Positions 54,849 to 64,000 of a stretch of DNA of 64,000 nt are shown here, piece after piece. Made by a program: the position numbers and the translations under genes. Each line of letters opens with the position of its first letter. Position 1 is the stretch's first letter. The stretch comes from Basidiobolus meristosporus CBS 931.73. Taxonomy: Eukaryota > Fungi > Basidiobolomycota. The notes under the pieces are model-generated. The model was not told where the DNA came from. It did no database searches and saw only the letters and a list, made by a program, of their open reading frames with translations. The DNA is taken from contig MCFE01000137.1 in NCBI GenBank assembly GCA_002104905.1, positions 93,611-157,610 of the forward strand, written 5' to 3'.

Positions 54849-55403
54849 ATGCAACCTCTCAAGCTCGATACTCCTGTTGGCCGTCAGAATGATACCAAGG
54901 CCGATGTATCTTGTGTGTCTACCTCTCCTAAGCCCTTACCGGTGTGGTCTGCAATAAGCAATGACTTGGTGGAGGACTCTGCCGATGAGCGCGAGCTCGC
55001 TAGAATGAGTCCAACTGAACGTAAACAGCGAAGAAAAATTAGATCCGCTTCTTTAGCTGTCCCTGGATTGGATCCTAGCTACCCATCTGAGCTTCTTCAA
55101 GATTATGACATCCCCGCCCCCTTCTGGTCACGCTTCATTCAAGCGTTAAACGCCGCACTAAGTGAGCTACCTGCTAGCAAAGATCCAAAAACCCTTAGCA
55201 GAAAACGCTCACAGTCGTTTACTCACGGAGATCGTCGCCCATCTTTGACTAGCGAGCGGACACAGGTTACCAAGGCTGAACAAGTTCTCAATTGGTGGAA
55301 TGAAGATTTCTTCCAAGAGAAGGGATGTCGGTTTAACCTAGGCTTCGAAGCGATTAGTGAAGACGAGTCCAAGCCTTATCTTACTCTTTCTCCCGCCAAA
55401 TGA
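54849..55403 (+). CDS. Hypothetical protein, 184 aa, single exon
   Basis: Clean ATG-to-TGA ORF with coding-like composition. The C-terminal FWSRFIQALN...VLNWWNEDFFQEKG weakly recalls Erf4/Golgin-A7-like helices. Confidence 0.65.
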   Translation: MQPLKLDTPVGRQNDTKADVSCVSTSPKPLPVWSAISNDLVEDSADERELARMSPTERKQRRKIRSASLAVPGLDPSYPSELLQDYDIPAPFWSRFIQALNAALSELPASKDPKTLSRKRSQSFTHGDRRPSLTSERTQVTKAEQVLNWWNEDFFQEKGCRFNLGFEAISEDESKPYLTLSPAK

Positions 55404-58400
55404 ATATTAATCGAGTAGCATTACTATCGCTTTTTGTAACTTTAAAGTTTGGTTATTTGGTGAGAACCCAGCACTATTCACATGACGTTCTGTGATTTAT
55501 TTTCTATCCTCAAATACTGCTTTCACACTAGTTGATCATTCTTTTACGGCGTAGTGAAGATTATATATATACATATGTGAGTTCAGTAAGATGTTATGTA
55601 AATATAAAACAGAGGAATTTGATCACCTACACTTGTCCACACTTCGTTACCAAGAATCACTATTGCAGAGCATTGATCCACTTCCAACTGTTGGGGATAA
55701 AATGCCAAACATTAAAGCTGACGTTGTACTATCTATTGATGGATAGGCAGATCGATACCTGGTTGCAAAGATTCAGACTTCGAGTTCACTAGGCGGCTTT
55801 AAAGCCATCGCAGTGGGCTGATATGTTGGTTAGTTGAGTGTCACCATGGGCAATGTCGTTGAATAGATCAGTTCCCTTTTTGGTATGTATAAGACTTTAA
55901 CTTACTGGTGGACCCTTTTCATGTGACATCTAGGTTCAGATTAAATGCTGTGCTCAGAAAATTGCCACACATCTAGCTTTTGGATCTACCGAGGTAAATA
56001 TCCTAGTGTTTCGTCAGCGATAAAGATTCCACAGTGCTCATAGGCGGTAGCAAAAACTCGATTTTCCTAAGATACTCCATGCTAGTCTAAGGTTCGATCG
56101 TATTTGGGATTAGTTTATCCACTACGAGGGTGATTAATATAGCGATGGTATACAGTGATGTAGTACGCCCTGTAGGTGAATAACAGCACTACATCACGGG
56201 TTTCTGGAAACCATTTGATTATCTATAGGGCTACCTTGTGTATGGTTTCTTGAAGGCAATCCAGACTTTAATGCCGTCTCAGGTTTCATGCAAGGCTACA
56301 GCCTTCAACAAAATCCAATTCTAAGAAATAGCCATATCTTCAATCAAATGGCTCTCAGGCTATTCATATACGAATACCCCCATATCTCAGATAATAATAG
56401 GCGAATTAATAAATAGAGATATAGCAGGTAATTCCTTGAAAGTATCGTTCTGGACCCATATGTGAGGGGCCCATCAGTAGTCCACTAGGGGTTAAGATCA
56501 ACCTGGGACTAGAGAAATCGCCAAAGTTGGTAATGATATTGTGCAACGCAATTACGATATATTCTCTTTTGATACAAACCCAATGGAGTTTACACAAAAA
56601 TACATCTTTATATGGCTACTACAGGTGGCGGAGAATTTGGTGTGCAGAAAATATAGCATGTAGGAGATTGACTTTCTACACAACGCTCTCTTATATTGAA
56701 GGCTCAGCAAAGAACGGTGGTATGGTCACAAATCTAAACTCCATAGCGATCAAGAGTTTGTATGCTACAGAGACCATGGAAATGAGGGCTCAGTACAGTG
56801 ATGAAATCTAAGGCGACCATAAATCTATTAGCAACTTTGGTCTCCGGGATGTCAAATACGGCTACATATGAACTACTGATTATGTCACTTGAAACACCAA
56901 AACAGGCTCTGGTATAAATACCTTTCGTCACATAATACTGTGATTGGAATGCAAACGTAGTCCGTATGCTCGAGATTCTTGCAGAGCTACCAACCGTCCA
57001 TCCTGGGTTGGAGTGCGTCTAGGTAGATCAGTGATGAGTCAAAATTGATCACAATAGACGCACCGTCTAAGCTCAATCATTTGAAGCTGAGAGACACAAC
57101 ATCGGCCAAGTGAGCATCTGATTTTGATTTTAGAGTTGGTGTGCTGTAGCTACACACACCAATTCGTATCAAGCATGATCGATGATGGGAATGAGCGCCA
57201 TCCTCCAAAAAGATGGTTAGCGATGAAGGTGTTTCTTCTTCATGAGCAGCCAAGAATTCAGTGGCTTATTGTTCTCTTGGCTCAATCTGTTAGTGAATTT
57301 GTCCGCGACGATCATATTGCATCTTCGGCCAGTTGGGAAAAGGCTACAGTACCACGTCACAGGTGCGCTCTTTGCTTGGAAAGGGCTAGAGTAAAAGCTG
57401 GATTTGGTTCAAACGTAAACCATAAAGTGTTCTCTAGCACACCAAAATTACGAATACGCTTCTAGCGTGCCACATTTATGTAGAGAAGGGCCATAAAGAA
57501 ATGGCTCAGCTCTATATGTCATTGGGCCCATGATATGTGGATACTACCGAATGTTCCTCCATCTTTGCCATCACAATAACCTAATTTCGGTTAAGGTGCA
57601 ACCGACCTGGTGCGCTTACTGATTACATATATGGGAATAGAGCGAAGAATATGCACAAGAACCTAGGTTTGGTTCAGCTCAGTACTTAATGGATCGTGTG
57701 CATCAGACTCGTCCGCTTGCTTCTAAAGGACAAATTACAATCAATTTCCCACCAATTACGATGGCAATATGAGCCTTGGTCAACTATCCCCAACCAACCA
57801 AAACCCACAATACAGAATCCTCGTTGGATTCAGCCTTATTCCAATCTACCAAAACAAGACTTGGCAAATGTGTGTGTGTGAGGTAGGATTAGCAAGTAGG
57901 GTGCTTATTACATAAATCAGTGGTGGTGGCATCTCCTCATCTGAAGCTGAAGTGTCTGAGTAGACGCAAGAACTTTGTGGTCAACGAGCCTGACAAATAC
58001 CTTGAAGAGAGCTCCTTCGCATCGAAGATGCTGCGTCAAGGCTGGGTATAAATACTATCCGGCAAATCCAGGCCCATTTTGGCTCTGTTGATCATCAAAC
58101 ATACATCATTTCAAAATTATAATTGGAGGCAAGAGCGGGAGCCATCCATATTGGCTAAAAATTACCACTGTAAAATGCGAGCAAGGCAGACGATAAAGCC
58201 TAGTCTCGGCCAATTAGCACACCTCATCTTTAAAGGAATCGCCTTAACGAGATATACGACACGCCGAATTCATCGTAAGTGGTCTAATTAAAATAGCCTC
58301 ATTTGGCACTTCAGGTACTCTGAATAACTTGTCTCGGACTGGGGATCCAAGCTTTAAGATGCACTATATATTGCGGGCTCAGGGCATACTCGGCAACAAG

Positions 58401-58545
58401 AATATCTCATCCCACCTCACATTTCCACGTAATACTGTATTTCGCGCGCTGGCAAACAGGCTCCCATTAGTTCTCAGTATCACAAGTCGCCTTGTGCCAT
58501 AGACAATTCTAAGCCTATATCGAATAATCTGGGACATACCAGTAC

Positions 58546-59448
58546 ATGAGCCAATCCATACCGTTAGTGTCACGATATCCAAGGTTGCATCATGACATAG
58601 ATCTTATGATTGCTTCAGTATCACTTCCCATTGCCATAAGCAATATGTGTTACGGCATAGCCACAGTGATACACCATCATCACATAATCTTCAAGCTGAA
58701 TCTGATCGCATCGGCGTTACTTCTCGTAAACTCCATCCTACAGCTTGCAACCCTATTGCTGGGTACAGGCCATTGCTTACCACGCTTCATAGTATTCATC
58801 ATCACGTCGTATATCAGCATGGTAGCGTTGGACACAATCCTATTTCTTAAAGCTCGAGCGGTGAAGCAGAGTCAGAGAACGATCACCATCTTGTATACTA
58901 TTGGTCGACTACTGCACTTCGGCGCGTGGATCAAGTTCATCTATAGTACAGTGCTGGTTTACAATGGGCCTGAAAACTACACATGCACTAGTCTAACCAA
59001 GTTCTACGACCTACTGATGCTAACCGGAATTGAGGCCCTGATCATCATATACCTCACTTCAGTCTTTACCAAAACTATGTATACCCAGTACAAGGAGTCA
59101 CCGCGATCCATCTATGCGCTGCTTTTGCAAGACGGATTGATAGTTTTGCTATTGTTATGTATATTTTATTTATTAATAACCGTCTTCAAATTCACCAACT
59201 TCATGGAGCACGCAGACATACTAAACATAGAATGTAAGTCAACTTCATCAATGTTTGGTCAATATTGTGAAACGACACTAACGTTGTGTTTGCTAGGGAC
59301 AGTATCTTCCACGCTGCTGACATCACAAGTCTGGAGATCACACAAGTGGCGCCTTGAGCGTTTACGCACGTCACAGTCCAGCGCAGTAGAAGGCGCTGAT
59401 CGAAATGCAATTGAGATAGAGTCCAATGAGATGCATGAGTTGAAATAA
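58546..59448 (+). CDS. Orphan multi-pass membrane protein, paralog 2; probable in-frame intron 59234-59296
   Basis: Shares LPIAISN, IxKLNL, YAxLxxDG and the same T|GG intron position with 44492-45449. Confidence 0.8.
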   Translation: MSQSIPLVSRYPRLHHDIDLMIASVSLPIAISNMCYGIATVIHHHHIIFKLNLIASALLLVNSILQLATLLLGTGHCLPRFIVFIITSYISMVALDTILFLKARAVKQSQRTITILYTIGRLLHFGAWIKFIYSTVLVYNGPENYTCTSLTKFYDLLMLTGIEALIIIYLTSVFTKTMYTQYKESPRSIYALLLQDGLIVLLLLCIFYLLITVFKFTNFMEHADILNIECKSTSSMFGQYCETTLTLCLLGTVSSTLLTSQVWRSHKWRLERLRTSQSSAVEGADRNAIEIESNEMHELK

Positions 59449-60023
59449 CACCTTGTAGAGGACCACAAATCCGTGGCAATTACTGGCTAATACTACCAAG
59501 AGTCCGGATTAGGCGCTTACTACACTCCATGAAAGGTCATCAGCAATGGGCTTGATCTTACGATTGCCAGGAGTAACAGTGTCCTTTCTACCCATCGCAC
59601 CACGCGTATTCGTTGAGATACATTGCAGAGCTACTGTACTATATATAATAAGATTCTACTGGAAAGCCTTGGAACTAGTTGGTGCTACATTGTATAATTT
59701 GTAATAAACAGTCCAATCAAACTTGTACATCTCAGCATGGCATTTGGAATAAATAGAGGTAGTCCACTAAAGAGCTATTGCAGCTAAGTTGTTTTGATTG
59801 TAAGTTAATGCATGTTGTGTCCAATGGCACAAACAAGGGGCTGGCAGCTTTCTGTGGCATTGGAAATACACAGCTTGGTAATGGTATGCAGCATTGATAT
59901 TTCAAGTTTCAAAGCCTAAAATCTCTCACTATTCTTTGCTTTTGCCTCCATCATTATATATCCAACAATGCAGAGAGTGTAAAATTTAAGGAAATTACAC
60001 AAGTAGATGCATGGTTGGATGAA

Positions 60024-60250
60024 TTAGGGGGAGGGAAAGTCACCAAGGTAGGTGAAATCTTTATTTGATTTCAGACAAGTCCAACTACAAATAAAGAAGC
60101 CAGCTGGGAAATAGAATATTCCCAAAGTAAACACTATTAGGGGGGGAGGGAAAGCCACCAAGATAGGTGAGATCTTTATTTGATTTCAGACAAGTCTATC
60201 TACAAATAAAGAAGCCAGCAGGGAACAGAAGATTCCCAAAGTAAGCGCTA
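60024..60250. repeat. Two tandem units of about 113 bp, each starting with TTAGGGGG
   Basis: Unit 'ttagggggagggaaagtcaccaag.taggtga.atctttatttgatttcagacaagtc...ataaagaagccagc...ttcccaaagtaa' at 60024 and 60137. Confidence 0.92.
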
Positions 60251-60339
60251 AGTTGAATACATATATATCTAAGCTAAAGTTAAGGCAGTATCCCAAAGCA
60301 CACTAGAGTTCAGGTTCATGGGGGAGTGAAGTAGATAAG

Positions 60340-60693
60340 CTTAAGAGATATAATAATCTTTTAAGAAGTGGATAACAGCAGGTGAAGGGGAGTTTTTGAT
60401 AAGTGAAGTGAATCTTGAGAGCAGAGACTCCTCTAATGAGAAGGTCTTGTAAACTGGAGAATCAGGAAACTCTCCAAAGTGTGATGGTTGATAAACCTCA
60501 TGTCAACAATTTTGGATAAATTGTAACCTTGTTGCTTGAGATACATCCTGTGCTCAGATATAGGAATAAACTCCACATTGGCAAAGTGGCAGACAGCCCA
60601 GTCAGTAGCAGGAGGCAAATCAGAAGTGGCTGGAAACTTTCTTTTAGTCTTGGGAGGAGCTACTGGATGTTTTGAGGAAGCAGGAAAAGCCAT
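60340..60693 (-). pseudogene. Probable non-LTR retroelement ORF1 (gag-like) fragment, frameshifted
   Basis: MAFPASSKH...PISEHRMYLKQQGYNLSKIVDMRFINHHTLE, continuing in another frame as RFTSLIKNSPSPAVIHFLK. It recalls ORF1-like proteins of early-diverging fungal LINEs (from memory). CpG-poor like the neighbouring TE DNA. Confidence 0.45.
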
Positions 60694-60864
60694 TTTTGAC
60701 AGCTTCAGAGTAGGAAGAGTGAGCAGTAGCAGATGATTCTTGGGGAGTCTTGTTGACAGGAAGAGTTGCCACAAGAACAATGGATTCTTGCAGAACAGAA
60801 AAGGCAGAAAACAGATTTTGAACTTAGGGTATAGGAGTTGTGGTAAGGGCTACAAAAGGTAAGA

Positions 60865-60937
60865 AAGCAGGGGGTCTGGGGGATGCAGTCTCCCAGATGA
60901 TATAGTAAGCAGGGGGTTTGGGGGATGCCATCCCCCA
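60865..60937. repeat. Two 31-bp G-rich direct repeats, each with a hairpin
   Basis: AAGCAGGGGGTCTGGGGGATGCAGTCTCCCA (60865-60895) and AAGCAGGGGGTTTGGGGGATGCCATCCCCCA (60907-60937). Confidence 0.88.
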
Positions 60938-61142
60938 TACTGCTCTTTATTTATTAAGATTCCTTACAATTTCCTCTGTTTTCCTTACTTTAATTTTATT
61001 CTAACCCTTCCTAACCCTAAGCACTTTGTTTTCATTTTTCATTTTTTATTCAAATTACCATAAAATTTGAAAGTACTCTTTGCTCACTGAGTATTCTTAC
61101 TATCTCACCATTGATTGTTATCCTTTTAGCCCTTTGTTTCAA

Positions 61143-61190
61143 CTGAAATAAAGATTTCACCTGTTGGTGACTGTCTCCCCCCCTAACCCT
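61143..61190 (-). repeat. Inverted partial copy of the 113-bp unit, ending in a telomere-like motif
   Basis: Reverse complement AGGGTTAGGGGGGGAGACAGTCACCAACAGGTGAAATCTTTATTTCAG aligns with TTAGGGGGAGGGAAAGTCACCAAGGTAGGTGAAATCTTTATTTGATTTCAG at 60024. Confidence 0.85.
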
Positions 61191-61264
61191 TTATATTTGG
61201 TCTAAAATTTATAGGATAATTGATTTTCAATTTTTTTATTTCAATATTGATAAAGAAGCCAGCG

Positions 61265-62839
61265 CTACTGTTGTAGCTTTGATACAAGAGTGTGTAGCTG
61301 AGGGGAATTTGTAGGTAAGTTAATAAGAAGTGATGATAGTTCTTTGGTGCTCAAGACACTGTTCAGTGGGAAGGGGGGTAGCAAAAGAGGTAAGAATGAC
61401 TTGTGAACAACATTAAGGAGGGGAATGTGATAAGGATTGATATTCATCATTAAGGGAGTGTGCTGCTGCAGATATTGCTGCCAAAGGTCTGTCAAGTACT
61501 TCAGGTAGGCCAGCTTGGGTTTTTCTGACTGCAGAATAAATTCAGCAAACTTCTTGACTTCAGGATCCCCAAGTACAGTTCTCCAGCAGGAGCCAGGTGT
61601 TGTGTGGTGTGTTCTCTTCCAGGCCTTAATCAGTGGGTTGTTGCAGTTGTGAAGTCTGAGGTATAATCTGGTTCTAAGGTAGAGAAGTCTGATCTTATAG
61701 GGCATAAACCCAAAAGCACCAAGAATAGCATGTCTGTAGGGGCATTCAGGCAAATGAGGCACCAAGGTGGTAATGCACCATACTGCAAACTTGTCAAGCT
61801 TAGTGCAGTCTCTAGAAGTAAGAGAGAGAAGTGGTAAGCCAAATTCCAGGACAGGGAAGACAAACTGCTTGAGTAGAAGGAGGCAGCTGGGAGCTGAAGT
61901 TGTAGGAGGAGTAACAGCCAACAGCTTGTGGAGTGCCTGTCTTGCAAGGAAAATTCTCTTCTTCAGGTGTGCTCCAGAGTCTAGTCCAGTAGGAAGAAAA
62001 GGAAAGCCAAGATATATAGCAGAAACCTGAGCAGATAGAGTGGAGTTCTCCAAGTTGATGGGAGAGCCCAAAGGTACTGTCTTTGCAATGGAAAGCTGGA
62101 GATTATTCTTCTGCAGATACTGGTGGATGGTCTGGGAATCTTGTTGCACATTGGAGGAGGATATTCTGATGTCATCAGCAAAGAGAGTAACCAGGCAGTC
62201 AGCTGGGAGTCTTGGGAAATCATTCAGGAAGATGGCAAACAGTATAGGACCAAGCACAGAACCTTGAACCACTCCATTAGGAACTGAGAACACTGGTGAT
62301 TGCTCACTTGGGTGCAGAATTCTTGCTTGTGGATCCAGAAACAGAGATCTGACAAGGAGGGTGAGAGAGGTATTGGAGAAGCATTGCAACTTGGACCAAA
62401 GCAGATTTCTGTCAACTGAATCAAAGGCCTTAGTAATATCAAACAGAACAGAGGGATACTTGCAGTGGAGAGAGTGATCTTGGCTAAGTATGACTGCATA
62501 TTCCAAGGAGAGGCCAGGAACAAAGCCAAACTGTGCAGGATGAAACTTGAGGGAGTCAGAGTAGAGCTCCTGGGCAAGCAGAAGCTCAAACACCTTTCTG
62601 CAGGTGGGCAGCAGCGATATTGGCCTGTAGGAGCTAGGATCCAGGTGCATTCCTTTACCCTTGTACAGTGGCAGAACATTTGCAAAGGACCATTCCTCAG
62701 GAGTAGAAAGCTGGGCTGAGCATTGCTGAAACAGTGGAAGCAGAAGTGCAGACATGGCCTTGGTACTAGTCTTCAGAAGCTCATAAGAGATTGTGTCTGT
62801 TGTATCCAAGAGAAAGTGTAATAAAACTTCTTGAATGGT
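61265..62839 (-). mobile_element. LINE-type (non-LTR) reverse transcriptase ORF, about 525 uninterrupted codons, 5'-truncated, no endonuclease or RNase H seen
   Basis: DTISYELLK; LYKGKG...SYRPISLL; QFGF; FDITKAFDSVDR; GVVQGSVLGPILF; LFADD; YLGFPF; FVFPVLEFG. Confidence 0.93.
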
Positions 62840-63449
62840 TTAACTGAACCAAAGGGACAATTAAGTGCAGAATCTTGGAATTGTCAGAGAGTGGCGGACA
62901 TATTAGCAGAAAGATTCTGATCTAATATTGGTCTTGGATATAGCTGGGTTGGCTACAAAGACAATGATATTTATTTGCTAGGCAGGCTAGGCTTGGTGTT
63001 CTTTGGAGTGCTAGATATACTAGGCTTGGATAGAAACTAGAACGGAATTGTTGGATTCTTATTTTTGCTGAAACAGAATCTTAATTTCGTTGAGACACAC
63101 ACTAAACCAAAAGGTTCAGTAAACTTTATTTATACTTTTCTGATCAAGTTGAATTAGTAAGCGCCAAGGGACTGGATTGATTGAAATCAATTTGGGTGTT
63201 CATAGGTGCATAAGATAAATGAAAATTATATCATCAATCAACTGATGTCTTGGCAACTGCACCATGGTTGGATAGATCTCAGATGACTAATCACCTGGGA
63301 AAGCTTGGCAGATAGGTTGATAACAAAATGACCATCTGAAAATAGATCAGGTGTGATAGCTAAAAATAGATTCTGAGGTGGGATAAAATAAACTGTAACT
63401 GGGATTTGTTATGTTTGGGTTAGGGAAAATCAGTTAGGGTACTAGATTT

Positions 63450-63741
63450 TCAAATGGAGTAAAATTGGCTAAGTTTTAAATGTTGATGCACAACAGTGTC
63501 CACACCTGGAGCAGTAGAGTTGGGAAGCCTCTTGAGCACATTATGGATTCTCCTTTGATCAAGTGCAAGTGGGATGGGCAGAGTCTTGAAGTCAGGATGA
63601 AAGCCAGGAGTTGAGTACTGCTTTGTAGAGAAGAAGATGTTAGCCAGCTGTTCTGTTGAAGGTAACTTCCTGGAAGAGGGCCTCATTGCCCTGTAGAGTC
63701 TTGATACTGTTCTTGTTATAGAGTTGGAAGATTGCAGAGGG
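63450..63741 (-). mobile_element. Second LINE ORF2 fragment (pre-RT linker and domain 0) capped by the telomere
   Basis: TRTVSRLYRAMRPSSRKLPSTEQLANIFFS...IHNVLKRLPNSTAPGVDTVVHQHLK matches the L..L...KAPG.D.+..E.LK motif. The frame stays open into the repeats. Confidence 0.75.
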
Positions 63742-64000
63742 TTAGGGTTAGGGTTAGGGTTAGGGGTTTAGGGTTAGGGTTAGGGTTAGGGTTAGGGTTA
63801 GGGTTAGGGTTAGGGTTAGGGTTAGGGTTAGGGTTAGGGTTAGGGTTAGGTTAGGGTTAGGGTTAGGGTTAGGGTTAGGGTTAGGGTTAGGGTTAGGGTT
63901 AGGGTTAGGGTTAGGGTTAGGGTTAGGGTTAGGGTTAGGGTTAGGGTTAGGGTTAGGGTTAGGGTTAGGGTTAGGGTTAGGGTTAGGGTTAGGGTTAGGT
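63738..64000 (+). repeat. Telomere, (TTAGGG)n, about 43 units with variants TTAGGGG, TTTAGGG and TTAGG
   Basis: Terminal array with the G-rich strand running to the window end. Confidence 0.98.

Noticed and set aside
56300-57500. Protein-kinase pseudogene (WLLQVAENL, ISNFGL)
   Set aside because: Scattered words with many stops and no HRD, DFG or APE in register.
59650-59950. MULE transposase relic (CLCHW)
   Set aside because: A single short motif and no catalytic Asp context.
60024-60250. CRISPR-like array
   Set aside because: Only two long units with no unique spacers, in a eukaryotic context.
61630-62719. Overlapping ORFs in other frames and strands within the RT
   Set aside because: No motifs; expected from base composition with few stops.
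61265-62839. Penelope-like (Athena/Coprina), telomerase or DIRS identity for the RT
   Set aside because: Motifs (YRPISLL, QFGF, GVVQGSVLGPILF, FADD) are LINE-type, and no tyrosine recombinase or RNase H is visible.

Overview
The window is the right end of an intron-containing eukaryotic chromosome, almost certainly fungal and probably an early-diverging lineage (inferred from gene content and short introns). It ends in about 260 bp of (TTAGGG)n. (1) About 1.8-12.0 kb is a nested, rearranged cluster of one Ty1/copia family with Ty5-type PBS GGTTATGAGCCC and TGTTG...CAACA LTRs; all copies are defective. (2) About 12.3-59.5 kb is a genic region: PMS1/PMS2 MutL homolog, ERV29/SURF4, RCM1/NSUN5, a Pho85-type cyclin, two tandem MedA/DUF7082 paralogs whose central 2.8 kb is near-identical while first exons and flanks are old and diverged, ICln, a PPN1/ASM-like metallophosphoesterase, two orphan multi-pass membrane paralogs, a coiled-coil/BEN-like/polyQ protein and several orphans. 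(3) About 60.0-63.7 kb is a subtelomeric block of minus-strand LINE-type retroelement sequence: an uninterrupted RT ORF of about 520 codons with no visible endonuclease, a second RT fragment capped directly by telomere repeats, and an ORF1-like unit bracketed by inverted repeats ending in telomere-like TTAGGG(G) motifs. This block is the best candidate for an undescribed system. All calls were made by eye and from memory of protein families; no searches were run, and TE and intron boundaries may be off by a few bases.
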